Source: Fibrobacterales bacterium (GTDB lineage: Bacteria > Fibrobacterota > Fibrobacteria > Fibrobacterales > JAOPTW01). Taken from it: a stretch of DNA of 64,000 nucleotides. The notes below the pieces were generated by a model. The model worked only from the letters and a program-made list of their open reading frames with translations. It did not search any database and was not told the origin of the DNA. This document shows, piece after piece, positions 9,722 to 20,638 of the stretch (positions within the stretch are counted from its first letter, which is position 1; every line of letters starts with the position of its first letter). The stretch covers positions 192,001-256,000 of the forward strand of contig JAOPTW010000015.1 in assembly GCA_051532035.1 (NCBI GenBank), read 5' to 3'. Position numbers and translations under genes: made by a program.

Positions 9722-10848
9722 TGTAGCACATCCTTTATTACTGTAACTAAGTCATTTCCTAGTGTTTTTTCAGAAAATCGGGAGACTGCTCGTTCTCGAG
9801 CCTTTATCCCCATTTCGATTCTTAACTCTTCAGATTCACACAATTTTTTGAGGGCACTATAAGACTCATCTACAACCTGCAGTTCAAACGTTGAGTTAGC
9901 GATATCAACACCTTCAACTTTATACCCCTCAATACCGTTTGTAGGGATCATTTCATCCACTGCTCCAACTTCTGTAATTACACAAGGGAGTCCTGATGCC
10001 ATCGCTTCAAGAGGAGTAAACCAAAATGTTTCCCAACTCGAAAGGGCAAAAAAGATATCTGAGCTCGCATAGAGCTTTTGCAAGTCATCACCATATACCT
10101 TACCCAAATAGTGAAAACCCGGGATGGTATCGTAGTCGTCTTTCCAACACGCCCCTTTGGGGCCTGCATAGACGAGATCGTATTTATTATCAACGTTAAG
10201 CTTGTGGAATGCCTCAAACATCTGAGCAATACCCTTACGTTCTTCATTAGCGCGGCCTACATGCACGATTTTAAGACGGTCTGTTTCTAAACCATATTTT
10301 TGCCATAGAGACACGTCTCTTTTGGTGGGGTTAAAGTCATCGCTATTAATGGAGTGCAAAATTACTGCTATTTGTTCTTCTGCAGTCCCCGCCCTCATAC
10401 AGTGGTATTTACGTATTGCCGAATTTTCTATCCATCGATTGACTAACGTTGTCGTCATAAAGGCTGTCTGATTATTTGCATCCATAATTACAGGAATACC
10501 TGTAACATTAGGGCCTGCAATTTTTTTCTTAAAAAAGCCAAGTATCGCGACATAGAGAAATGTGGTTAAATTAGTTGGCACATAGACTACATCACATTTA
10601 AATAACGCCCAAACGACCTTTATAGCGTTCGTTAGGATTGCTAAAGGCTTTTTAGGATTAAACCCTGTGTAGAGTTTTGTTGCCTTAGACCTCGCAAATA
10701 GCTCATTTTCATCATACTCATTACACAGTAATGAGAGCGAAACATCTTGATGGAGTGCAAGAGCATTTAATGTCCCTACCACATTTCTGTGGGGCCCACT
10801 AGTGCCCTTTGCATGATCAACAACTAATAACACCCGTATTTTATCCAT
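9718..10848 (-). CDS. GT4 glycosyltransferase
   Basis: HVGRANEERKG and SSWETFWFTPLEAMASG. Confidence 0.88.
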   Translation of the reverse strand: MDKIRVLLVVDHAKGTSGPHRNVVGTLNALALHQDVSLSLLCNEYDENELFARSKATKLYTGFNPKKPLAILTNAIKVVWALFKCDVVYVPTNLTTFLYVAILGFFKKKIAGPNVTGIPVIMDANNQTAFMTTTLVNRWIENSAIRKYHCMRAGTAEEQIAVILHSINSDDFNPTKRDVSLWQKYGLETDRLKIVHVGRANEERKGIAQMFEAFHKLNVDNKYDLVYAGPKGACWKDDYDTIPGFHYLGKVYGDDLQKLYASSDIFFALSSWETFWFTPLEAMASGLPCVITEVGAVDEMIPTNGIEGYKVEGVDIANSTFELQVVDESYSALKKLCESEELRIEMGIKARERAVSRFSEKTLGNDLVTVIKDVLQ

Positions 10849-11656
10849 TTGACTTCCTCATCGTTAGCACAAGCCTTCTCCAATATTTAATGCACGATAG
10901 ACATTGAGCACCAAATTTTTCAATAAAAGAAATGTGTCCACTTGCATACAGTTTCTTAAAATTATCCATCTCGCCTTGCCACATAGCATGCATATTAGAT
11001 GAGAGGCCAGAAGCTCCATATGCTGCTTTAAAATAATAGGCTAATGGTATATCAAAATAGTGAGAATCTCCCTTTTTGATAGTCAGCTGAAGCCACAACA
11101 AATAGTCTTCAGAATATTTTTTTGCTTCATCAAAACGAATATCCTTGCTCTTTTTAACCATCACGGTTGAAGTGGCAAACCAGTTTCTTTTTAACAGTGC
11201 TCTTTTAGAAACAGTTACTAGCTTTTGAGATGCACGTTGTATTTGGGGTACCCAATTATCAGTATCGACTGTAGAATATTTATGGCCCGTCATCAATAGA
11301 TCAGGATTCGCAACCATATATTGATATTGCAACTCCAACTTATTTGCATACCATGCATCATCAGAGTCTAAAAATGAAATGTAGAGTCCTTGAGCCTCAG
11401 AAACACCTCTATTTCGGGCCTTAGAAGGCCCACCATTTATCGGCTGTTTAATGAGACGAATAGGAATGTTATATGATGATTCCTCAACATATCTATCAAT
11501 CCACTCTACTGAGTTATCTGTACTACAATCATCAACAATAACAACTTCTAAAGGCTGCACCGTCTGTTGCACGACTGATGTTAATGCCCTCACTATAGTT
11601 TCAGATGCATTATAACAAGGAATCACTACCGACACATCTACTATGCCATTCACCAT
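10841..11656 (-). CDS. GT2 glycosyltransferase
   Basis: VSVVIPCYN, VDDCSTD, FLDSDD, SEDY. Confidence 0.93.
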   Translation of the reverse strand: MVNGIVDVSVVIPCYNASETIVRALTSVVQQTVQPLEVVIVDDCSTDNSVEWIDRYVEESSYNIPIRLIKQPINGGPSKARNRGVSEAQGLYISFLDSDDAWYANKLELQYQYMVANPDLLMTGHKYSTVDTDNWVPQIQRASQKLVTVSKRALLKRNWFATSTVMVKKSKDIRFDEAKKYSEDYLLWLQLTIKKGDSHYFDIPLAYYFKAAYGASGLSSNMHAMWQGEMDNFKKLYASGHISFIEKFGAQCLSCIKYWRRLVLTMRKSNG

Positions 11657-12750
11657 TGAAAATCCGAAAAGTATATATATGTGTATACAGGTAAAATAAT
11701 TGCATTAAACAGAGGAAATCCCTTTAGAAAATTTTTGCCATATTCAACATTTCTAGCTCTAAGTACTTCAAAACAAACTATTGGAAACATAAACCATGAT
11801 GCACCTGCAAATCGGTCACTATAAGGAGCAAATGAAAAAAAATGTAAAACACTGTTTAAAATCAAGTATGCCCCTAACCAATATTGCACTCTATATTTTT
11901 TTTCGTCTGGAATGTCGTTTCTAAATAAAAAATACAGCACCAATGGGAAGGATGAAAAAATTATAAACCCTGGTTTTGCCCCCGTTGCATATCCTGTGAC
12001 TTTAATTTTTTCTTCATCAAAATAATACAGCTCTTTTTCTTTAAGATCGATAAGCTTTGGTACTTGCGTCGATAAAAAACTATTTATTTTTGTGATAGAC
12101 AAAAATAGAGATGACATAAATACTGTAACTGCAAACTTAAAACCAAATTTACTTCTATTCAACACAAAAAAACAAATAACTAAGGGTACAAACATTAGCA
12201 TACTACCATGCCAAAAATATGCAAATGCTACGAACGAAATCCCTATTTTTTTTTGGTCCTTAAACCAACATGCAATTCCAAGCAATATAAATGATTGAGC
12301 AATCCCTTGTCTGAGTGTATTTGTAGCATAATTTAAAAAGAACGGGTACAACATAAAGCACGTTAGCATAGCCCACTTTTCTGTTCTAGCATAAATTAAA
12401 CTTAAAGTCCAATACAATCCCCCAACCATAATACCCAAGATTATTATAAAAAACACTTCATATGTCTCAGTCGCTTGTCCAACACTCCATGTTATCAATC
12501 TCCACATAAATTCTGGATCTTCTAATTGAATTAGTTCTTGAAAACTAAAGCTTCTCCATGTTTCAAATTTAGCCCAATAGCTAAATCTATCTCCGCCCGG
12601 CCAGCCAAATACAAATGTAAAAAATAGGCAGAAGAGCATACCAGTCGCAGATATAAACACCCCTACTTTACCAGCAATTTTATTTTGAGATTCAAACGAA
12701 AATAAAAATGTCGCTGTTAATAACAAATATATGGGAATAAATTCATTCAT
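11650..12750 (-). CDS. wzy: EpsG-family polytopic membrane protein, probable polysaccharide polymerase
   Basis: About ten TM segments, NTLRQGIA and FWHGS motifs; lies among GTs in a wzx/wzc locus. Confidence 0.7.
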   Translation of the reverse strand: MNEFIPIYLLLTATFLFSFESQNKIAGKVGVFISATGMLFCLFFTFVFGWPGGDRFSYWAKFETWRSFSFQELIQLEDPEFMWRLITWSVGQATETYEVFFIIILGIMVGGLYWTLSLIYARTEKWAMLTCFMLYPFFLNYATNTLRQGIAQSFILLGIACWFKDQKKIGISFVAFAYFWHGSMLMFVPLVICFFVLNRSKFGFKFAVTVFMSSLFLSITKINSFLSTQVPKLIDLKEKELYYFDEEKIKVTGYATGAKPGFIIFSSFPLVLYFLFRNDIPDEKKYRVQYWLGAYLILNSVLHFFSFAPYSDRFAGASWFMFPIVCFEVLRARNVEYGKNFLKGFPLFNAIILPVYTYIYFSDFQW

Positions 12751-12755
12751 TTAAA

Positions 12756-13613
12756 CTAATGTAACCCCTCACGCATACCCTTTATCATCTGACTAAAAGC
12801 TGAAGTGGTCTTATATGCACGACTGAACGAAACCCCAAACAACATCAACCTCCCAAGTGCAGTAAACTTCTTAAGACCCGTTAAGTTCTTCGCAATAACT
12901 CGCGAGCGATTGTGCCCAAAGCCCCACATATACTTTTTAATATCTTTTACCCGGCACCCACCTTCAGTAGACACGAGGTGAAGCAAACGCGCATTTCCAT
13001 TAAACCAAATTTTATATCCGGCTTTACGCACTCTCAAACACATCTCAAGCTCTTCATACAGAGCAGCGCCACGAGCCAATACTTCATCAATGCCACCAAT
13101 TTGACGCATTAACTCAGTTCGAATAGAAAAGTTACATCCCTGTACATGATCAACTTCTAACTCTTTTTTAGAGTGAAAGCCCTGTATAGGAGTCGCAGTC
13201 CATGAATTAAACTTACCTACCACCGCAGGTTCACTATCATTATCATACCCCGGAAGCTCAATCCCACCACCAACCATGCCAATCTGCTTATCCACATAGC
13301 ATTTTGCATGCTGTGCAACCAGCGTTGGCTCCGTACGGATATCATCATCAATATAGAGAATGACCTCATATTTTGCTTGTGCCATCCCAAAGTTACGCGC
13401 TTGAGGCAACCCTTTGAAATCAACATCTTTAAAATACCGCATTTTATCGGCATTCTGAGCTGTGATCTCTTGCGTCCACTCAGGGACATCATCTGATTGA
13501 TCTACAACAATGATTTCATAAAGCTCATAGGTTTGTTTGAGTATATCTTCAATAGCATCACGGAGAACATCATACCGATTTATTGTGGGAATTATTACAC
13601 TGACACCAATCAT
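12756..13613 (-). CDS. GT2 glycosyltransferase
   Basis: VSVIIPTINR, VVDQS, YIDDD, GCNFS. Confidence 0.92.
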   Translation of the reverse strand: MIGVSVIIPTINRYDVLRDAIEDILKQTYELYEIIVVDQSDDVPEWTQEITAQNADKMRYFKDVDFKGLPQARNFGMAQAKYEVILYIDDDIRTEPTLVAQHAKCYVDKQIGMVGGGIELPGYDNDSEPAVVGKFNSWTATPIQGFHSKKELEVDHVQGCNFSIRTELMRQIGGIDEVLARGAALYEELEMCLRVRKAGYKIWFNGNARLLHLVSTEGGCRVKDIKKYMWGFGHNRSRVIAKNLTGLKKFTALGRLMLFGVSFSRAYKTTSAFSQMIKGMREGLH

Positions 13614-14707
13614 TATTTAATTACTCCTGCAAACTTTTTTTGAATCCATGATTTCGCCTGCATCTCAAACTTAAGATGGAGTACAATACTAATACTATAA
13701 CTGATAATGAAGTAGCAGAGTACTCTCACAACTGCACCTTCTGGCCCTGATAAAAAAGGTATATGGATAACTTTTTCAAAAACTAGTTCTCCATATTTAA
13801 TGACCAATTGATGGACAAGATAGAAGGCAAAGCTCGCATGCCCGAGTAATACTAATGTTTTGTTACTCAGCACCTTAGACCACCACCCTGATTGGCCAGC
13901 AAAGCCGAGAATCAAGAGTGAAAAGGGAAAGATATAAAAAAGGTTATACCGTAAATAAGGATCAATTCCATTGTGTACTGCAAAGAAAAAGACTAACACC
14001 CCTAGGGCAGTCCACTGCAATAGTGAAATAGATTTTTTAGAGAGCCCTTGGAGAGTACCACCACTGCGGTGCAGTACTATGCCCAGCATAAAATTACCTA
14101 CCTGAGTCAATGGGCAGATACCTGCAATCCACCGACCATATTCACTTAAAAAAGAGTCTGGAGGAAGGGTCAACAGAAGAGCGGTACCACCAAATACCAC
14201 GAAACTCAATACGCTCAGTACCCTTGATTTCATCAAGATGAGAAGAGGAAAGAGTAGATAGAAAAACATTTCGACACTGATACTCCAGGAAGGACCATTG
14301 AGTGCAAAATAAAATTCATCTTTTGGGATATATGACTGTGCGAGTAATAAATGAGCCGGTAACACAGACAGTGCCCATATTCCTAGTTGCTTAATCTGAA
14401 AATAGAGAAGAGGCAATGCTGCGATAAGCGTAATAAAATGAAGCGGGTAAATTCTTGCGATACGCGCAATATAAAAACTCTTTTTACTCACCTCACCACT
14501 CTTAAGTCTCTTCTCATATGAATAAGAGAGTATATAGCCTGAGAGAATGAAGAAAAATCCAACGCCCAAATAGCCTTCATAAAAATAAGTATTATAGAGG
14601 TTCGTTAAAAGTTCACTTCCTGAGTTTCGAATAAACCCTATATGAGAGAGAAACACTGCCAAGGCAGCTACAAATCTCAAGGAAGTCAGTGCATTTAAAT
14701 GCTGCAT
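13613..14707 (-). CDS. Acyltransferase-3 family O-acyltransferase
   Basis: LTSLRFVAALAVFLSH, GVGFFFILSGYIL, ARIARIYPLH, SWSISVEMFFYLLFP, LGHASFAFYLVH. Confidence 0.92.
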   Translation of the reverse strand: MQHLNALTSLRFVAALAVFLSHIGFIRNSGSELLTNLYNTYFYEGYLGVGFFFILSGYILSYSYEKRLKSGEVSKKSFYIARIARIYPLHFITLIAALPLLYFQIKQLGIWALSVLPAHLLLAQSYIPKDEFYFALNGPSWSISVEMFFYLLFPLLILMKSRVLSVLSFVVFGGTALLLTLPPDSFLSEYGRWIAGICPLTQVGNFMLGIVLHRSGGTLQGLSKKSISLLQWTALGVLVFFFAVHNGIDPYLRYNLFYIFPFSLLILGFAGQSGWWSKVLSNKTLVLLGHASFAFYLVHQLVIKYGELVFEKVIHIPFLSGPEGAVVRVLCYFIISYSISIVLHLKFEMQAKSWIQKKFAGVIK

Positions 14708-15499
14708 TTACGCAACTCCATACTTACGTTTCAGTTGCTCAAAAATCGAATCTTGTGGAAAGCTTCCATTCTTATCAAAATCTTTTTCGTTACGAGACAT
14801 TTCATTCCACACATGCAGAGCATAAGACTCGGTAAAAAGAGATACATCACTTTTTAGGGTCTCATTGAAAATAGTATTCCAATTATTGTGATGTACCGGA
14901 AAGAAGTGAGTAAATGGTTTTTTATTATCCATAAGGTCATAATATTTTAATCCAGTAGTGACCCCATAGGGCCCGCCCGTTTCACCCCAGATAATTTTTG
15001 AACGATCATTGAGATAGACCACATAGCGAAAAACCTTTCTGATTTTTGCTCTGGCGGTATCATAAGGAATAAACGCATTAGGATTTTGACATCTGTCAGC
15101 CATGTGCCGCGGAAACGAATGCCCTTTAGGGAATTTAAGAACGGCAGGACAGATGAAGTCGCGCTCCTGTTCTCCAAATACAATTTCATCATTATCAAAA
15201 TCAAATTTCTTCAGACATACCATATCCGTATCGACCCAGTATCCACCCACTTTATAGAGCATCTCCCAGCGGAACCAGTCAGCAAACCCAGCATAAGAGC
15301 CCTTATAGTAGGTAAAAATTTCACTTTGAGGAACAATCTCATTTGCGTCCTTAACCACAACACCTTCGGGTACATTCCCTACATCACCATAGGTGTACAA
15401 ATGAACCTCATGTCCATTTTTAATGAATGAGGTAAGACAAAGCTGCTCGAGCTTTGAAAGAGGGTTACCGATCCAGAGTGTTTGTATTATGTTTGACAT
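14708..15499 (-). CDS. DXD-motif glycosyltransferase (GT32/alpha-1,4-GT-like)
   Basis: IQTLWIG, FADWFRWEMLYKVGGYWVDTD, ETGGP, ALHVWNE. Confidence 0.8.
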   Translation of the reverse strand: MSNIIQTLWIGNPLSKLEQLCLTSFIKNGHEVHLYTYGDVGNVPEGVVVKDANEIVPQSEIFTYYKGSYAGFADWFRWEMLYKVGGYWVDTDMVCLKKFDFDNDEIVFGEQERDFICPAVLKFPKGHSFPRHMADRCQNPNAFIPYDTARAKIRKVFRYVVYLNDRSKIIWGETGGPYGVTTGLKYYDLMDNKKPFTHFFPVHHNNWNTIFNETLKSDVSLFTESYALHVWNEMSRNEKDFDKNGSFPQDSIFEQLKRKYGVA

Positions 15500-15534
15500 C
15501 TTTTGTCCTGTATGTGATACTGAGTTATCTATTA

Positions 15535-16662
15535 CTATTTCTGCAACACTATGTTGCTCACCGCTTCTCCAAAGTGTTTCCAGGTTGCTTCTGCAACAAC
15601 ACGTTTGCGGCCTTTTAATCCTTCTTCGATAAACTGCTCTGGTTTATCTACCAATCGTTCTAAAATGAGTGCGAGGGTGGTACTATCATTGGGCTCAATA
15701 AGCCACCCGCCCTGCTCTACAATTACTGCATCAGGAATACCACCATCAGTACTCCCTACACAGGGTACCGCACATGCTTGTGCTTCAAGGAAGACGAGAC
15801 CAAATCCCTCTACCTCTTTTTCCATTTTCTCTTCTCTCGTGCAGAGAACAAATAAATCCATTGCATTATAGAGTTCTACAATATCTTCTTCATTAACAAA
15901 TCCAAGCCAGGTAATCTGACTTTCAAGGCCGAGTTCTATCGCGAACTTTTTCAATTCTGACTCGTACGGTCCTCTTCCAGCAATCACATAGTGTAATTCT
16001 GCTCTTTTTTCTTTGGGTACTGCGGCAATGGCTTCTAACACCGTATCATGGGCTTTATAGGCCTGTAAGCGAGACATGGTAAACACCAGTTTTTTATCCT
16101 GGGGCAATCCATGCTTCTCCCGTAATCCATCGCTACTCTCTAAAGGAATAAATCGACCCGAATCAACACCCAACGGTACCACTTTTGTATTCGCCTTCGG
16201 TACACTTTTCTTTACTTCTCGTTCGGTATAATGGCTATTACAAATTACCACTCGTGCTTTTTTAAGGACCCTATTACGCAATAAGGTCAGCACTCTATTT
16301 TTAAGAGTCGGTGCCCCTTTCATGATATCATTACCATGAGCAATCACTACCAAGTCTTTTACACCAGCCAGGAGTGCAAGGAGCCCCTCCGGATACCACA
16401 GGTCGGTCACAACCGTTTTGGTTTTAGCATGTTTTTTTAAAAATTTAAATGCTGCCCATTCTAATTTTGGGCGCGCTGGGGGCAGGCGTGTTTCTGTAAT
16501 CTCAGGAATAGCAAAACCACCCTCAACACTTCTTTCAATAGTGAGGACTTCTATATCTGATCCACGAGCTTTTAACTCTTCAACAACCGCTACACACAGT
16601 CGTGATATTCCGCCTTCGAGCGGTGGATAGTCATAGGCAAAGAGCAGTACTGGTTTAGGCAT
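15535..16662 (-). CDS. GT4 glycosyltransferase
   Basis: YDYPPLEGGIS and EGFGLVFLEAQAC. Start moved to ATG 16662 (MPKPVLL), overlapping the upstream stop. Confidence 0.9.
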   Translation of the reverse strand: MPKPVLLFAYDYPPLEGGISRLCVAVVEELKARGSDIEVLTIERSVEGGFAIPEITETRLPPARPKLEWAAFKFLKKHAKTKTVVTDLWYPEGLLALLAGVKDLVVIAHGNDIMKGAPTLKNRVLTLLRNRVLKKARVVICNSHYTEREVKKSVPKANTKVVPLGVDSGRFIPLESSDGLREKHGLPQDKKLVFTMSRLQAYKAHDTVLEAIAAVPKEKRAELHYVIAGRGPYESELKKFAIELGLESQITWLGFVNEEDIVELYNAMDLFVLCTREEKMEKEVEGFGLVFLEAQACAVPCVGSTDGGIPDAVIVEQGGWLIEPNDSTTLALILERLVDKPEQFIEEGLKGRKRVVAEATWKHFGEAVSNIVLQK

Positions 16663-18034
16663 TACGCACCTCCAGCATTGTATTAAAAACTTTTGAAAAA
16701 TCTTCTGCCTGACGTGATGCCCGGTATCGGTCACTATACGGCATAGCCTTATTGTCTACATTCGTATTAAATGCTTCACACAGTCGTGTAATATCTGCCT
16801 CTCTATCAATACCGTCGAGGAAAATACCCAGACCACTTTTTTGTAACTCAGCGCGTGCCTCACTGGGGTCTGGCACCTGCGCCACGATTAATTTTTTGAA
16901 GGCAATAAAATCCACCATTTTGGCAAAGTTGTTCCACCACATTCTATTCTGTCCCGCCATAAGGAGGCAGCAATCTGCATGTTGTAAATGCACATAGACT
17001 TCGTGCTGTGGCATCTGTTGTTCAAACTGGAGAAGAGGTACGACATGATCTAACCCCTCGACCAATTGAGTAACCAGTTGTGTATTAACCTCATGATGCC
17101 CAACAAAAAGGAGCCTCCATTGATGATCAATTGAGCCCCGATCAATTGCCTCATTCAGTAACTCAAAAAAGTATTGATTGTAATAGGCCTGAAATTCGCC
17201 AATAAAGAGGAGTGTTTTTACCTCTCCATACCCTGCTGGTGCTCCTGCTTTTTCTGCTTCTGCGATATAGGCGTCATCCGCACCCGTTGGAATGAAAGTA
17301 AATCGAGTGTCATCCATGCCATACATATCATAAAAGACCGAGCTATAACTTGCTGCAAGACCGGTAATATGATCGGCATGTTCCATAGTCATTTTCATAA
17401 GATGCTGTTCTATCATTTTTTGATGCCAGCGATCTGACGCGTGTTTGATACCATATCCACAGGGGTCTCTAAAATCTGAACACCAGGGTATACCCGTCTC
17501 TTGTTGTACATAACGCCCAATTCTCAAATTAGAGTAGGGTACACAGGTAGTATAGATAAGATCAATATCATGTTCTTTTACGAGGGCTACCGCTTTTTTC
17601 TTTGCAGCTCCTGCCCAAAGCCAGTACCAATCTGGTAGGTCGCTGACATTTTCAATCATCCATTGATACAGTCTTCTTCCCAAGCCAGTTTTTCTCTTGG
17701 GTTTTTGTTTCGTTGTCTGAGCTGTGGAATCTTGCTTAGGCTTGGATGCCTTCTCTTGAAGTTGCATTGATGAAAAGCTTCTATCTGCTCCACCAAGCAT
17801 CATACGAAGGCCTCTTACCGTTGGTTCAATATATTTTGCAGTATGTATTTCTACTTCAGGAGGAAGATCGTGAATAAGTCGTTGATTCTCCCAGTACATA
17901 TAATTTTTATCGACCGTGAGAACATAGGGCTTATACCCATACTGGGTAAGATATTTTGCAAGCTTGTAAGCTCGAAAGACAGAGGCATGATTTTGTGGAG
18001 CAAAAAACGGTGTCACTATCAGAACTTTTTTCAC
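16655..18034 (-). CDS. GT4-like (GT-B) glycosyltransferase
   Basis: KVLIVTPFFAP, RAYKLAKYL, WCSDFRDP, IPTGAD. Likely GTG start at 18034 after GAGGAG; the ORF extends to 18085. Confidence 0.75.
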   Translation of the reverse strand: MKKVLIVTPFFAPQNHASVFRAYKLAKYLTQYGYKPYVLTVDKNYMYWENQRLIHDLPPEVEIHTAKYIEPTVRGLRMMLGGADRSFSSMQLQEKASKPKQDSTAQTTKQKPKRKTGLGRRLYQWMIENVSDLPDWYWLWAGAAKKKAVALVKEHDIDLIYTTCVPYSNLRIGRYVQQETGIPWCSDFRDPCGYGIKHASDRWHQKMIEQHLMKMTMEHADHITGLAASYSSVFYDMYGMDDTRFTFIPTGADDAYIAEAEKAGAPAGYGEVKTLLFIGEFQAYYNQYFFELLNEAIDRGSIDHQWRLLFVGHHEVNTQLVTQLVEGLDHVVPLLQFEQQMPQHEVYVHLQHADCCLLMAGQNRMWWNNFAKMVDFIAFKKLIVAQVPDPSEARAELQKSGLGIFLDGIDREADITRLCEAFNTNVDNKAMPYSDRYRASRQAEDFSKVFNTMLEVRNA

Positions 18035-18039
18035 TGGTA

Positions 18040-19185
18040 CTATTCTCCTCTTCTCTTTTTCCATTGAATTATTGTCTTCGCCCAAAACATACTATTTTTT
18101 TTGAAAATTTCATGTGGATCGTACCGTTCACCGACAGAAGTACAATTATTAACACCCGCTTTACATCGCGCTTCTTCTGACTCTAGAAAATTGACTATTG
18201 AGTCGGCCAGCCCATCTGAATCATCAGGGTCTCTGAGGACAACGCCACTCCCTTTCCCTACTACTTCTGGACCACATGAGCGAGTAGTATAAATGACCGG
18301 AACTCCTAAACTCATCGCCTCTAGAGCTGCGAGTCCAAAGGTTTCAGAGTACGAGGGAAAAACTGCAACATCACAACTAATAAAATGCTTCTGTACTTCT
18401 TCTTTAGAGACAAATCCGGTAAACTGGATGGACTTTCCATAATCACCTGCGAGGCGTTTTACGTGGGTCGAGACAGGCTCACCTTGTTCGGTCACCATTT
18501 TACCCACTACATAGAGCTCTGCCGTAGGGAACTGATTCTTTACCTTGGGCCATGTGCGGGCAAGGGCATAGATCCCCTTACGACTAATCGTTGTACCTAC
18601 ATAGACCACTTTTGCTGTTGCGCTATAATCTTGTTTTCGTACATTATGCATTGGCATATCAACGGCATTATACACCACCTGATACGGCTTACTCGTCTCA
18701 AAGACTAAATTCGTCTGCAGGCCTGCATACTCAGAGACGGCAACCATAGCATCAGCGCGCTCAAGCGCTTTGCGCTCGAGATATTTAATAATTTTCGAAG
18801 GCTTGCGACCCATTTCATTTGCAAAATAAGTACTACTGCCATGAATACGAATAGTAACGGGAGCGCTTAGTTTAGGCCACCACGCAGTAAGCCCTTCAAA
18901 GTCCGGGACTTCTACCAAGTCCACTCCTGTGGCAACCAATGCTTTGATTTTTTTAAAAAGGAGCACCCGATTACACAGCACTCCAAAGAGGCCTTTCATT
19001 TTTCTGAGTCGATACACATGAACGCCTTTGATCGTCTCTTCAATGCTCCGGTCAATAGCATACAACCCCACAACATGGACGGTATGACCTTCTTGAACCA
19101 TGAGTTCGGACAATTCCTTTACGAAGATGCCGATTCCCCCACATTCCATAGGCGGAAACTCATTGCAGACCATCAGGATATTCAC
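18040..19185 (-). CDS. GT4 glycosyltransferase
   Basis: NEFPPMECGGIG and FPSYSETFGLAALEAM. Confidence 0.92.
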   Translation of the reverse strand: MNILMVCNEFPPMECGGIGIFVKELSELMVQEGHTVHVVGLYAIDRSIEETIKGVHVYRLRKMKGLFGVLCNRVLLFKKIKALVATGVDLVEVPDFEGLTAWWPKLSAPVTIRIHGSSTYFANEMGRKPSKIIKYLERKALERADAMVAVSEYAGLQTNLVFETSKPYQVVYNAVDMPMHNVRKQDYSATAKVVYVGTTISRKGIYALARTWPKVKNQFPTAELYVVGKMVTEQGEPVSTHVKRLAGDYGKSIQFTGFVSKEEVQKHFISCDVAVFPSYSETFGLAALEAMSLGVPVIYTTRSCGPEVVGKGSGVVLRDPDDSDGLADSIVNFLESEEARCKAGVNNCTSVGERYDPHEIFKKNSMFWAKTIIQWKKRRGE

Positions 19186-20615
19186 CCGTTTTTTCCCTCA
19201 ATATCAAAAAGTTGACGAATATTACCCTTATAGAAGAGCATCATGGTGGCTCCATAGAGCGCCATAAGAAGTGACCCTTTAATAAGAATCGAGAGATGTA
19301 AATTTTGGGGCATTGGTAATGCAGAAATTATTACGTAGGTGAGCACCGCTGCAATCACTCCAGCCGAAACAACAGGGATCACCCCTTTATAACTAACCGC
19401 CAACGACATGTTATTGAGACGATGGACGAACCATGACCCGAGAACTAACAGGCCAACACCCATTACGAGAGAGTAACTGAGAGCAACACCATTAACCCCC
19501 CATTGAATACCAACAGAAAAGCCTATGGCCAGCGTTGTTGCCGAAAATATTCCCCATTTAAGAAACGCCTTACCCTGACCTTTAGCCGTAAGAATCCATC
19601 CAAGAGAGTTATACAAAGGTTGTGTCACACATGCAATAGCGAGGAGCCTGAGAATATCACCACTTGCCTCCCAGTTTGATCCATAGAGCAGAAGTACCGG
19701 GTCACTGGGGTAGAGAAAAAAGTAGGCTGTCACGGGAATACAGATAACACTCACCAAGCGGAGGGTACGACTATAGAGCTTTTGAAAGTTAACGGGGTTA
19801 TCCTGTTCTCTCGCCATTGCCGAGACCATGAGCCCATGAAGTCCGCCGGTAATCAGCATATTAGGCAAAAACATTAAAAAATATGCTTTTGCATAAAAAG
19901 CCAACGCCTCACTCCCAATGAACTTCCCTATGAGCACATTATCGAGATTGCGAGAAAAATAATTTACAAAACCAAACCCAAGAAGATTCCCTCCCAGAGA
20001 GAGCATTGGGCCAATAGGTGTTTTAAGTGAGTACCACCCTTTGGGCACACCCGACCAGAGAAACGATATTATCAGAGTGAAAGAACCTTTTGCGAGAGTC
20101 ATAATTGCAAGAGACCAATACCCATAACCGGACCATGCACAGCCCACTCCAACGGAACCACCAATAATGGCACCCGCAATATTTATTACCGCTATCTTTT
20201 TAAAGGCAAGAGTCCGCTTCATCCACATGGTTGCCGGGACCGTCATTCCCGTGAGGAGAAATATAAACCCCTCTAGACGCATAAGGTTAAGCAGCTCTGG
20301 GTTACCATAAAACGATGCTACAACCGGCGCCATCAGGATACACGCGACAGTGAGGAGTACCCCACCCAAGGTGTTTACCCAGAAGAGATTGACTACTTCT
20401 TTGTTTTTAATGAATTTATCACGAACAATAGACCAAACCAGCCCCCCATCAGCAAAGATGAGGAAAAAAGCACTGACTGTCTGTACTTGGTTATATACTC
20501 CATATTCACCCGGTAAAATTAACCGTGCAAGTATTGCCGTAAACACAAAGGAGAACCCAAAATTGAGCACTTGCGGAAGGATTGACCATGCGATGTTATT
20601 ATTTATACCACTCAT
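19182..20615 (-). CDS. wzx: Polysaccharide flippase (WzxC-like)
   Basis: ILARLILPGEYG and NLDNVLIGKF; 12 or more TM helices; follows wzc. Confidence 0.9.
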   Translation of the reverse strand: MSGINNNIAWSILPQVLNFGFSFVFTAILARLILPGEYGVYNQVQTVSAFFLIFADGGLVWSIVRDKFIKNKEVVNLFWVNTLGGVLLTVACILMAPVVASFYGNPELLNLMRLEGFIFLLTGMTVPATMWMKRTLAFKKIAVINIAGAIIGGSVGVGCAWSGYGYWSLAIMTLAKGSFTLIISFLWSGVPKGWYSLKTPIGPMLSLGGNLLGFGFVNYFSRNLDNVLIGKFIGSEALAFYAKAYFLMFLPNMLITGGLHGLMVSAMAREQDNPVNFQKLYSRTLRLVSVICIPVTAYFFLYPSDPVLLLYGSNWEASGDILRLLAIACVTQPLYNSLGWILTAKGQGKAFLKWGIFSATTLAIGFSVGIQWGVNGVALSYSLVMGVGLLVLGSWFVHRLNNMSLAVSYKGVIPVVSAGVIAAVLTYVIISALPMPQNLHLSILIKGSLLMALYGATMMLFYKGNIRQLFDIEGKNG

Positions 20616-20638
20616 TATATTATTTAATCACCTGTAGT

